A stretch of 64,000 bases of DNA from Yuukianura sp. NJ FZ-2021 (Eukaryota): assembly GCA_046563655.1 (NCBI GenBank), contig CM102285.1, positions 13,330,001 to 13,394,000 on the forward strand, given 5' to 3'. Under the pieces are notes generated by a model. It saw only the letters and a program-made list of their open reading frames with translations. It made no database searches and had not been told where the DNA came from. Both the position numbers and the translations under genes were made by a program. The number at the start of each line of letters is the position of its first letter. Positions within the stretch are counted from its first letter, which is position 1. Of this stretch, positions 52,501 to 64,000 are shown piece after piece.

Positions 52501-55500
52501 GACCCGAATCGTCCTTTCAAATGTGAAGTTTGCAAAGAAAGTTTTACTCAAAAGAATATTCTTTTGGTTCACTACAATTCAGTAAGCCATCTTCATAAAC
52601 TCAAAAGGGCTATGCAGGAACAACAGGCATGGACACAAGGGAATAACAACAATACTAACGTCATGGTTCCACCAAGTCCACTCATGAGTCCAGCAAGTTC
52701 CAAAGGAACTCCAGTGACGACGCCAGGAATCGAACCGAAATTTAGCTCTGCGCAGACTCCGTCAACGGCTGAAGATGAAGACAAAAAACCGTTTAAATGC
52801 AACATTTGCAAAGTAGCGTACAGCCAAGGATCGACTTTGGACATCCACATGCGCAGTGTCTTGCATCAGACTCGGGCGTCAAAGTTACAAGAATTGGCAC
52901 TAAGCGGACAAATTGACCTGTCAAAACCACTAATTGAACAACCAGAAGTCGGCAGAGGCGTTACTGATCAACACAAAAAGTTAATGCAGGACATGATGAG
53001 TCCCAAGGGCGATGGATCATTCAATTCCACTTCCACGCCTGCGCGTTCCTCTTCTCCAGCTTCCAGTTCCAGTCCACAAACGACACTTTCCAGCGTGTCT
53101 CCAGCCCAAGCCGTTCCATGTTCCCGATGTGGAACGATCTGTTCCTCGCAAGAATCTTTGCTCCAGCATCAGCATCTCTACTGCCTCTTCTCAGCTAATC
53201 CACTAGCATTATTTCCACCTCTACCGTCACCCAATTCCACTTCAACTCCAAACACTTCTCTATTGGCTGAAAGTGGACGAGAACGCAGTGGATCTCCAAT
53301 GGACTCCTCGGATGCAGTCGGAATCAGTCGGTTTGTCCTGCCGAGTCGAAAGTCATCTCAACTGTACAAGCACATACTGGAGTCATATGGTTTTGAGATT
53401 GTAATGCAATTCAACGAGTATCATCAGAAGCGACGAAGGGAGGCGGAGCGTGGAGAGGAAGTCGAGGAAAGTGAATTGGACGAGCGAATCCTCAAGGAGT
53501 TTCCAGAACTGGCCAAGTCCACGTGCCCATTTTGCAAAAAAGTCTTTTCTTCTGTTTGGATTCTGAAGGCTCACTGTGAAGAGATTCACAAGGACGTTGT
53601 ATCTATGGAGACACTGGAGAGTTTTGCAGAAATATTTCGGTGTTCCTATATCAAAAAGTTGGAATCCTCTGGAGACAGTCCTTTTGAAAATGAAGAAAGT
53701 ACTAATGGTAATCAAGGAAACGGACAACAGAGTCAGAAGGAAGACCGAAATAATCAACTCAGAGCACCATCTCCGCCTACAGCTTCTGTCACACCAGCTT
53801 CCAGTGCTGAATCGGTGTCTGGTGGTCCAGGATCTGGAATGCCAAATATGACAACGCCAGTTCGAGACAGAGAAACACGAGAAAGTCCGGCCAGTGGACC
53901 ATCAAATCTTAGTTCAACATTTGCTCAGCAAATGAGTGATGTCCAAGCAGCTTTGGCTTCAATGGCAGCAGCATCTCAACTTTCTCAACATTTACATCCA
54001 ATGATGAATCCAATGATGATGGCCAGTCTGGGCATGGCTCTGCCGCTTGGACTGAATATGAATGCCCTGGCTGCGATGAATCTGCAACCACCGTTAGTTC
54101 CTATGATGATGCCAAGTCCATTTGATCACCCTATGAACTCACTCCAAAATCAAAACATGAATAATCAAAATGCTGCTCTCTTCTCTGCAGCCGCGGCAGC
54201 ACTTGAGAATCAAAATCATCCAAGAGAGCAACATACCAAACAGCAGCAACAACAACAAGCTCAACAGTCTATGCCCAACGTCCCCGTTCCGCCACCGACC
54301 ATTCCACCTCCAGCTCCTAGTGGTCAAGGACAACAAAAACGAGCACGAACGCGCATAACTGATGATCAATTGAAAATTCTAAGAGCACATTTCGACATTA
54401 ACAACTCTCCATCTGAGGATCAAATTTCTCAAATGGCTGCGCAATCCGGTTTACCACCGAAAGTTATCAAACATTGGTTTCGTAATACTTTGTTCAAAGA
54501 GCGTCAGAGAAACAAGGACTCACCCTACAACTTTTCCAATCCACCTTCAACTACATTGAATTTAGAAGAATATGAAAAAACAGGAGAAGCCAAAGTGAAA
54601 GCAATTGATCCCGAGGAACAAAAACACTACGAGAATCCTACTCCGACACCTCCTCCACCAATCAAAAAAGAAAATACCAAGAAACCAACTAATCAAGAAA
54701 AACAGGCAGCGACAATTAGTCAACAACAATTGGCTCAACAGCAACAACAGCTACAACAACAATTGTTGACTTCACATCTCCAAGCACTTCAACAACATCA
54801 CCAAGAGTCCCTGACTGCCTACAGTCATCATCCCGATCTACACGAAATGCTTATGGGTGGAGAATTTTCTGAAACGGAATCTCGGAGTGAAGAAGAAGTT
54901 GTGGCAAAGGCAAAGAAAACACCGAAACAACATTCTGCTCCGAAAAAACCGAAAATTGACCATCATCACGACGGAGTCACTTCTCCAGGCGGAAGTTTAA
55001 ATTTGTCAATGAATGCCCATGCGCATGAAAGTTCTTCCTTATCATCATCCCCATCACCCCAACAAATGCTTCCACCACCTAAAGGCTTTGCTACACCAAC
55101 TTCACTACCAACAGCCAACAGTATGCTGTCATTAGCTTCTCCAGTCAATCTCAATAGTCCTGGAAGTAGTTCTGGAAGGGGCGAAGGCAATTCCATGACA
55201 ACTCCACCACTTTCCAACTGCCCAAGTCAAAGTTCAGGAAAAAGAGCTAATCGAACGAGGTTCACTGACTATCAAATCAAAGTCCTCCAAGAATTTTTTG
55301 AAAACAATGCGTATCCAAAAGATGACGATTTGGAATATTTGAGTAAACTACTTGGGCTCAGTCCGAGAGTAATCGTCGTTTGGTTTCAAAATGCAAGGCA
55401 AAAGGCTCGAAAAGTTTATGAAAATCAACCTCCAGTGGATGCACCAGAAGAAGGAGCTGGAAGATTCCAAAGAACGCCAGGACTCAACTACCAGTGCAAA

Positions 55501-58500
55501 AAATGTTTGCTTGTCTTCCAACGCTACTATGAATTGATTCGACATCAGAAAACACATTGTTTCAAAGAAGAAGATGCCAAGAGATCGGCACAGGCGCAAG
55601 CAGCAGCAGCCCAAGTAGCAGCGGCCATGTCTTCAGAAGATTCAAATTCCAGCGCCATTACGGACAACAATAGCTTGACTTCCAGTTGTGGTCCGAGTCC
55701 TGGAGCCCTTGCGATGGCCAACTGCAATTCAAATCCAGCAGGGATTTCTCCAGGATCAGCAAATTTTGGTGGATCTAATGAAAATTTGAAACCAATTCCA
55801 GTCAATTCCAATTCAGAAGAAACTTTTCAATGTGAAAAGTGTAACCTCGTTTTTCCAAGATTCGAACTTTGGCGGGAACATCAGTTGGTCCATCTCATGA
55901 ATCCGAGTCTCTTTCCATCATTTCCTGGTGAAAATCCATTTGGACTGTTGCAACAACACGCGCAGGCGCAACAACAAAATCAGTTGCTCAACCAGCAACA
56001 GCAACAACAAATCAAAATGGAACCGAAAGAGTCACAACAGAGTCCAAGTGAAACAAGTTCAATTGCAGGAGACGCGACTTCGGGCAAGCGGAAATGGTCA
56101 GCTGATGAGCATACGGAAGATGACGAAGTAGGTCACGATGGTCAAGCAAGAGACAAGCGTCTGCGCACAACCATTCTTCCAGAACAACTCGACTACTTGT
56201 ACCAAAAGTATCAAATTGAAAGTAATCCAAGCCGAAAGATGTTGGAAACAATAGCACGAGAAGTTGGGCTGAAGAAGAGAGTTGTTCAAGTTTGGTTTCA
56301 AAATACAAGAGCAAGGGAGAGGAAAGGACAATTTAGAGCTCATGCGCAAGTCATCAACAAACGCTGTCCATTTTGTCCAGCACTGTTCAAGGTCAAGTCG
56401 GCACTCGAAACTCATTTGGCAGGAAAACATGGAGATCAGTACAGCAAAGGAGAGATTAACATTGATGCAATTCCAGACGAAGACTATGATGCGCCTGCGT
56501 CACCTTTGGCCAGTGGTGGTGACAGTTCAAAGGGAGGTCACGGTGGATACGGATCGAATCCAACTGGATCCGGCTCACCTTCACCAAATATCTTGATGGC
56601 TCCGTTTCTTCATGGACTTTCGACTCACACCGACCTTGAATCGAACATGAAACTGTACGAGGAAAGTTTGAAGCGATTTGCAGCTCAAGTTCAACAACAA
56701 CATCAGCAACAACCGAGTCACAACGGCCGATCCGAACAGATGATGACCGATCTTCGGATGCTAAAAGGCGAACCGGGCGGGGGAGGAGGCGGATCGGCGG
56801 AATTTCCACTTGACCTCTCCAAACCAGTTGACCTGTCGAGAACAGTCGTGCCAAAAGTGGAAGACTCGATTGACAATGACTACATGTCAGGTGAGTAAAA
56901 TTTGAAATTTGTTTTTGTTCGTTTTTTGAAATTTTGAATCTTGTCTTTCTCTGTTTTTGTGTATGAATGAAAATATATATGGAGAGGTCGAGGAATGTTT
57001 TTACCCTGTGCACTGCACTTGCGCTCTAATTACAATCAGCGCTTTAGCTTTCATCCTCTTTCTCAAATCCGAAAACTGAAATTTTGAAATCCTGTCCTGA
57101 ATTTTTTTTTTGCGATGACTTTGGAGGCTTGACCTTTGACATATTCGGCCTATCATGAGGGAGCGTCCGAGTGAAGTGCACAGAGGTGACAGCATCCCTT
57201 AAGTCTCACTAGAAACTCAAATTGTAATTCTGGCGCTGCCCCACTCTTAACAGATGATGATGATGACGATATACTGGACGCCTCTCATGATAGCATTCCA
57301 AATTCACCAGCATCGAGCACTGCGTCGGCGCAGAGAGAGTGGTGGTTCTGGAGGGGGAGACGGTGGGTCAGCCGCCGTGGGGTCAAATGGTGGCAAAAGA
57401 TTTCGAACTCAAATGTCAAGTCTCCAGGTCAGCTGAAAAGCGTTGACTTCTTCGTTACTTCAAAAAAGATTTCGGTTAACCATTTTTTCTTTTATTTTGC
57501 AATTTGCATTTTGCACATTTTTTGCGAAAGGAGAATGTGAACATTGTGCATTGTGTGGTTTTGGATAACGATGAGAATTTGTGTGCTTTATGTCTTCTTT
57601 TTCTGTTGACTTCATCTTTAAGTTCCCAGTTCCGTTGGAAGCTTTTTTCTTGCATGAGAATTTTGAGCATTCTCAAATGGAAGAATTTTCCGTTTTTTCA
57701 CATTTGACTTTTTTCGGTCGTTTTTTCTTCTTGTGGAAAGGAAAAGTGATTGAGATGATGTTTTATGGCTCATAAGACGAGGAAATTCCTTCATAAAAAG
57801 TTTCCAATCTCTTGTTATTCGACTGGCGACAAGAGACACACGCGGGAGTGGCGCTTTGCAATTTTTTTTTACTTGTTTTTGCTGGGAAATCGGCTCTGTT
57901 TGCATAAAGTTGTCACAAATTCAGCATTTTTTTTAAATTCCTGTTTTGTTTTCCTGCTTGTCCACTTTGTTCTTGTTTGTATGATGCTTTTGTATAGTTG
58001 TTAATCCTGCGGATTAAATCGTGGATCAGAGGCTTTGTATTTTAGCTAATTGCTGCATTTTTTTTTAAATTTAAATTTTCAATTTTTTTTTCCAAAATGT
58101 TCAGGTGAAAGTGATGAAGAATCTGTTTGCTGACTACAAAACTCCGACAATGGCTGAATGTGAAATGCTTGGAGAAGAAATTGGGCTACCAAAGCGCGTA
58201 GTTCAAGTTTGGTTTCAAAATGCTCGAGCAAAGGAGAAGAAAGCCAAACTTGTACTGCAAAAAGCAGGGGTCGTTGACCCCTCTGACCTCACTCCCCCCA
58301 AACCACTAGAACTCTGTAGACCCTGTGACTTTACTTACTCTCCCAAAGTATCCGTTCAAGATCACATTTTTACTAGAGGTCACATTGACTCTGTCAAGGC
58401 TTCAATTCAAAACAACAAGTCCATCAAGAAGGTCAAAGTTCATGCATCACTTCCACCTCCACCTAGACAGAAGAACATTGCTTCGTCGAATCTCGTCACT

Positions 58501-58530
58501 GCTGGTAAGCCAAAAAATCTCCACAGCTGA
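43551..58530 (+). CDS. zfh2: Zinc finger homeodomain protein 2 (ZFHX3/ZFHX4/ATBF1 orthologue), multi-exon gene, about 3,180 aa
   Basis: Family-typical motifs: [118 protein letters not shown]. Four homeodomains at about 54334-54513, 55240-55419, 56152-56331 and 57392-57427+58105-58245. Exons join by GT-AG introns with compatible phases, apart from the frame anomaly in exon 4. Confidence 0.96.
47490..47671 (+). CDS. zfh2: zfh2 coding exon 2 (completes a zinc finger: QHTR|SLKHLQLEQ)
   Basis: Acceptor ttttcttgtAG|A gives CG+A=Arg then SLKHLQ, supplying the last His of the CALC...H...H finger. Donor CCA G|GTAAGC (phase 1). Confidence 0.9.
51125..56890 (+). CDS. zfh2: zfh2 coding exon 3 (5,766 nt; many C2H2 fingers, homeodomains 1-3)
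   Basis: Within ORF 51100..56898. Acceptor ctAG|AT gives G+AT=Asp in frame, with a CTAAT branch-like motif at 51096-51100. Donor TCA G|GTGAGT (phase 1). Confidence 0.92.
54721..54761 (+). repeat. CAA/CAG polyglutamine-encoding tract within zfh2 exon 3
   Basis: Encodes QQQLAQQQQQLQQQ; similar tracts at about 54241-54258 and 55993-56010. Confidence 0.8.
57254..57427 (+). CDS. zfh2: zfh2 coding exon 4 (acidic/Ser-Pro linker and N-terminal arm of homeodomain 4); internal frame discontinuity
   Basis: Acceptor ctcttaacAG|AT reads DDDDDILDASHDSIPNSPASSTASAQRE in the incoming phase, but SGGSGG...GGKRFRTQMSSLQ is in the +1 frame. Donor CAG|GTCAGC (phase 0 in the homeodomain frame). Confidence 0.8.
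58105..58530 (+). CDS. zfh2: zfh2 coding exon 5 (remainder of homeodomain 4 plus C-terminal zinc finger)
   Basis: Acceptor ...aaatgttcAG|GTG. Reads VKVMKNLFADYKTPTMAECEMLGEEIGLPKRVVQVWFQNARAKEKK then CRPC...HIFTRGH; TGA at 58528-58530. A donor G|GTAAGC after 58504 may be used instead of this stop. Confidence 0.88.
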   Translation: MKVMKNLFADYKTPTMAECEMLGEEIGLPKRVVQVWFQNARAKEKKAKLVLQKAGVVDPSDLTPPKPLELCRPCDFTYSPKVSVQDHIFTRGHIDSVKASIQNNKSIKKVKVHASLPPPPRQKNIASSNLVTAGKPKNLHS

Positions 58531-61500
58531 TTCTGCCTGCGCTGAAATCGCTTCAAAACCAATCATGCCCACACACATTCGCGCTAAATTTTTGGAAAAC
58601 TGGACAAAAGGGGTTGAAAAGACTGATGGAGTCAAAAACAAAAGTTCCCATATTTTAGAAAATGTTTGTGCCAGAGTAATGTGCTTCTCTTTTTGAAAAA
58701 AGAGAATTTAGAATTTTAGAAAAAAGTGTTGAGGTTTTTTGTGTCGAAGGAAAGTGAACAGAAGGTTAGTGTTTAGCATTTGTCAAAGAAGGTAGCTAAA
58801 AACTATTTTAGAACAAGAGAAGTGATTTTTAGACGAACGTTGTTTAGATAAACGATTGAAAAAACCCAGTGGCTAAATTATGTATTCATATTAACAAAAA
58901 GGTCAACAGAAATAAGGTCAACAACTAAAATTTACTAAAAATAGGTAAAGTTATAGTCTAAAATGAAAAACTAATACAAATCATGGTTCAAGATTCCTAG
59001 TACGCTTGACGTACAAACTTTTTCTTTTGTTATATTTTCCTTTTTTGCTTTTTGTTAATTATTTAAGTTATTAGTTAAGTCAAGTTTAATTAATTAATTT
59101 ATATTTTAAGTTTATGGTTTTTATTAGTTCTCTAAGTTTACCATTTTTTATAAACTTAAGAATTCGTTTTGTTTAGGTTTTTCGAAGAGAGGAAATTCAA
59201 ATTGTTTTGTTCATTTTGTCTTTTTTTCAGTTTAGTTTGTATACACACAGTTTATTAATTTCCAGTGATTTTTTTTTCTCTCTCGAAAACATGACACGTT
59301 AAAAAACAAAATTTTGAAAAACGGAAATACAAGGAAATTGAAAAGTTGAAGCAACTGGATGAACAAGAAGATTATCTTTTTATTTCATTTTTTGCATAAT
59401 TTTTGCTAATTTTCCGCAACTGTTTTTTATACTTGGGTTTTCACTTTGTTTTTTTCGGGGGGAGGAGGAAGGGGCGGAGGCATTTTTGGCACATTGTTAA
59501 AAGATGCAAAAGAGAGGAGGCTGGAGGGCATTGCCCTTCTTTTTGTGTAAGTTTCTTCGTGGCTAATAATGAGAAGGTTGTTGTTGAAATTACATGCGAA
59601 TCTTTTCCTAGTGAGAAGAATTGAAAAGATGTTTGAAAAAAAGAGACTGAGGAAGATGCGATTAAAGTTGGTTTTTCTCAGGTGAATTGGTAACATAAAA
59701 AAGCAGTAAGATGGTGGTGCCAATTAGATGTTCTCGCCTCAATGCCCATGGAGACAATGCAAGTGTGAAACAGTGTCTCTCTGCAATAATTCAAAGATTT
59801 TTCAACACTGTTCTGCTGCTAGACACTTAAATTTTTAGAGTTGTTCGATGGAACTAATTTATTGTGTAGAAAAGAATAGGAAATGGCAGAAGTAGTCGAT
59901 TAATTGGAGCAACCAGCCAATCAAAAACCGAAGTAGCAGTTGTCAACGAATCAGAACGTGGCGGTCGATTTTGCAGTTTTTGAACGGAAAATTTTATTTT
60001 TGCATATATCCTTCTTCCTTCCAGCAAAACTGTTGTTCTTTCTTTTCTCCTGACCGAAAATCAGAATCTTTCTACACGGCGTTTGGATTATCCAACAATT
60101 AATGTTTTAAAATCTTCTTCGTTTTTCATGTTTTTAATCCATTTTGAAGCGTTAGGTACCCGTAGTCTGGTGTGTTGTTGTGTTTCTGGATTTGAAAAAA
60201 TTGAAATTTTGAAAAGTTAGAGATCTGACAGAAGAGACGGAGAGCGGTTTAGGGAAAATGTTTCTCAGTATGGAGCTAAGCATGTGCTCAAAGGGGGGTA
60301 TCAGGAGGCATAGGGTTTGTTTCTGTATTTGCCAAGTCATCTTTCACAGTTCAAACGGAAAGATTTTGACCCTTAAGTGTCCCCCTTCCCTTAGGTGAAG
60401 TAATTACAAAAGACTATTGGAATTTTGAATTGAGATTTTGGAAATTTCCAAGAGCGATTGAGCAAGATTTCCAAGACAAAAGTTTCCGATTCGGATCTGG
60501 ATTGAAACTGAAACAATTTGAGAGGCATTGTGTTTTAGTCCAACTGCTGGGCCTAAGTAGGGTTCCACTTCCTATGTTAAGTTAAGGTTATCCTAAATCA
60601 AACATTTTGAATTCGGATGTCGAGATCTCCTGAAATCTACATCTGAAGCATCTGCTGGTTACTGCTGAGTGGCTCAATCAAAGGAATTGTTGAACCTGGC
60701 ATTTATTTAGGGAAATAAAGGCGGGAAGGAACTCTCCATTGAGCGGTGGATTTCAATTGATACGGATATGCCCCCACAACAGGCTTAAAATCACACGGGG
60801 ACTATGTTAGGCTAAGGTTAGGTTAGGCATAACCTAACATTAGGTTTTAAGAACAAGGACGAAGACGACCATCAGATCCAGATGGAACAGCATCCGCCAA
60901 AGCACTTTCCAACCGACGACAGACGAGAATTCAAACATCTTGAACGAATGGTCTCCGCTGGCTCAATTTCAAAACGGTGTAATTGTACTGGCGTAGGGTT
61001 TGGAGTTTTTTAGAAAAACTTTTGAAAAATTGTCATTTTTTAATTAAAGGTTCCTCTTTGAAAATGACATTTTGGAAATATGAAGTTACGAGAGTGGAAT
61101 GAGGAATTGGAGATGTTGTGTTCATGTAGGCGTTGTTGTCGTTAGGCTTAAGGGACGCGATAAGTACACCGGGCTTTCTCTTTTTTTCTAATAAGGGACC
61201 CCTTTAGTCGGAGCTTGATGATGATGAAGTAAGTCAAGGGAAGAAAATGCCAAGTTTGCCTGAGATTAGTGTTGTGCAGGCCCTTCATGACGTTAGGCTA
61301 GGTTATGTTAGGTACATAACGTAAGGTTAGTGTGGACTTGGATCTTTGTGTCCTCCAAGGGCCCTTTATCAATCACTTTTATCTATAACCACTCAAGCGT
61401 CACAAAGAAGAGCCCTTCGACCGGTTCTTAAAAAGACACGAAAACTTTTCCTTAGCATGGGTACCCTTGTAGCATGTGTATGCTACGCCAAGGTACCCTT

Positions 61501-64000
61501 GTGATGTTGAAATCCAGGGACTTAAGGGATGACAACAGTTGAAATTCCTATGGCACAGCTTCTCATCTACCTCTGAAGGAGACCCTTAAGTCCTTGTTCA
61601 TTATCTCTTAAGGAACAGTGCCGGATTTTACTTGTTTTCACTAATTCCTCTACACATTTATTTTTTGTTAACGAATTTGGAAGAGTTGAGGGGCCCTTCG
61701 TAGGTGGAGAGATCAACCTCTGACCCCTTGGAGTACTTTGGAGAAAAAAGTTGATCGGAGGAATGGAATCGGGTATCAGTTTCTTGTAGGAAGTTGGTTG
61801 TGCTGGATGTGGAGGGGGTCAAGGGACCACATTCCAGAGACCCTTAAGCTTAAAGCCTAAGCTAACCTTTGGATCAATCATAACCTGCCTGTCAGATTAC
61901 TTTTCAAGATCCATTGTTAGGTTAAGAACGAAAAGAGGCCAACCAAGGAGTGAGCCCCCCATGGGTCCCCCTCCATCTTTCTAAAACTTAACTCTGGACA
62001 TGTACAAAAGTCTAATTTGGAAAAAGTACATGGACAAGAGAGTACTTTTTAAAAGTTGTAACTTTAGGGGTCAAGTTACATTTTTGGAATGGAAATGTTA
62101 CCAATTAAACAAAAGGAATTCAGGAGTGTGGCTTCATCTCCCTTCCTTCATCTCCAGAGGTGTTGGAATTTTACATTGTTCTTGTTCTAACATAGTTTTG
62201 AAGTGTTTGAATTCCGATGAGATCACATGATCACTTGTACTAATTCACAACTGAATTTTATAGTTATTAGTTTCCAAATAATTGCTAATTACTTTGATTA
62301 ACCTAAACACTAACTTCTGACACTATTCCTTCTGTGTTTTTGAAAAATAAAACAGTCGGTGATACTGTTCAAACAAGATTTTTTGTGGTAGAAACAAATG
62401 ACATGCAAAACCTATGGCTTTGACCCCACTCGAAGTGGTTGTGCCACTTAACACCTTGTGCTTGCTGCTTTTGCTTTTAAACCCTTAGCATATTGAATGT
62501 TAATTAAAAGTTGGACTAGTGATTTAAGTCCTTCATAAATTTTGGCGTGAGAGATGACTAACGATCCCCAATTTCAATTTTCATATTCAGAACAAGGTGG
62601 GGACAAGATTTATGAAGAGCATTTCGGTCGTTTCCACTTTCAACGTATTACACGAGTACTTTTTAGTGAATTTTTCTAGCCGTGAAGTGACGCCGCTCAA
62701 AACAAAGTTTTGGAGAATTTGCTCATTTGCTAAAAATTTTGTACAGATTATTCGAAGAATTGTTGCTTGTACATAATACCACTTTCAAAGGATTAGACAA
62801 GTATTTTTGATTTTTGATACTAAGGGTAATGTAACATAACTCGATGTGCCATAATTTGCAAATTGTTGTTGGATTTTGCGTGTTGGTAATTGTGATTTTT
62901 AAGTAATTTGACTCCTAATGCCAAAAAGTTAATTTTTATGACCGTAGTTTTTTGGTGATGTGAATGTGATTTTGGCCAATTTTGAAAAACTTGAGAAAGA
63001 GTTGATTCCGTTAGGATTTTGGTAACTGCAGGACTCAAAAAAATTTGTGCAAAATAATTAACAACTTTTGTGCTTTTCTGTTGATTTCGTGTTAGGGAAG
63101 TTCGTGTTGGTTGTGGTTGGTTTGTGTTTTTGTTGAATCTCTTATTAAATTTTGTCTCCACCGGGTGGGGAATGGGCTCCACCAAGAGACATTTGCTCCA
63201 CCACCTTCATTATTATCATGTTGCACTAAAAGGCGTAAGCGTAGACAACAGGAAAATGTTAGGCAACGTTAGGTTATCCCCCTAACATTGTAATTACCAA
63301 TGTGACAATAACTGGGGAAGCCACGAGATGAAACATAAAGTTTGAACCCTGCAATTTGCTAACTGAATAATTTTAAATTTGCAAACCTTGTCAAATTTTG
63401 GGTTGAAAATGAGTTTTTTGCTCAGGTTTTTTGAACTTTCGATGACAACTGTAAAGTTTTTAGGCAGTAAGTCGTGTACATCTCATTTTGCTGAGGTCCG
63501 AAGTATTTTTTAAAATTTCAAAATTAATGCTCCTTTTTCATGTTTTAAAGAAAATGGTGGTGATTTGAAGGTTTGTTGCGTAACTGTTTAGGTTATGGCG
63601 TTTGTTGTGTGCGGAGGCGCTTAATTCCTGTCCGAGACGATTATCCTCGTCATGCCTCTTGTTTGTTCCTCAAAATGAAAATAATGGGCAGAATCTGGTG
63701 GAATTGTATAAAGAGGCAGCGGAAGTTGGAGGCTTCACACAAAGGGAAAATCTCCTAATTCATTCCTGTGCTGTAAGTGTAATGGGGACCTCTCAAATCA
63801 TTGTTAACTTCAATTAATTGTCATTAGGCCATTAGTCAGCCAGAGAACACAAGGAGAGCCGACCTCTCTCAGACTTTTCCGGCTTCCAATCACGAATCAT
63901 CATTACTCACTTCCATAAAGTTTCATCAAAATTTACAACTTTTCATACCGAACATGTTAGGCTGTACGTTTCAGACTAGAATTCTCCAAATCCACATGTC

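Noticed and set aside
43313..57013. Many minus-strand and alternate-frame ORFs overlapping zfh2 exons (e.g. 43313-43723, 44823-45413, 56456-57013)
   Set aside because: Shadow ORFs of a GC-richer coding region, with no recognisable domains.
57254..57436. Independent 60-aa ORF starting MMMMT
   Set aside because: The ATG run is the off-frame reading of GAT (Asp) repeats; only its 3' half matches Zfh2.

Overview
AT-rich eukaryotic DNA, almost certainly an arthropod genome. It contains one recognisable gene: a + strand zfh2/ZFHX3-ZFHX4 (ATBF1)-type zinc-finger homeodomain transcription factor. Five coding exons can be reconstructed from GT-AG sites with matching phases (43551-46537, 47490-47671, 51125-56890, 57254-57427, 58105-58530), giving about 3,180 aa with four homeodomains and many C2H2 fingers. 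The spliced CDS totals 9,535 nt, which is not a multiple of 3. The reading frame switches inside exon 4 near an (AG)4 run just before homeodomain 4, pointing to an assembly indel, a frame-switching alternative acceptor, or recoding. The first 43 kb has no credible protein-coding gene and looks like the long 5'-UTR introns and regulatory domain of zfh2. It holds candidate non-coding exons, a textbook recursive-splice (AG|GTGAGT) site, an in-frame UGA-C uORF, two perfect ecdysone-response palindromes, two perfect DR1 nuclear-receptor elements, a minisatellite and a small TTAA-flanked inverted-repeat element. No CRISPR, rRNA, tRNA or transposase was seen. All splice and regulatory calls are by-eye predictions without transcript evidence.
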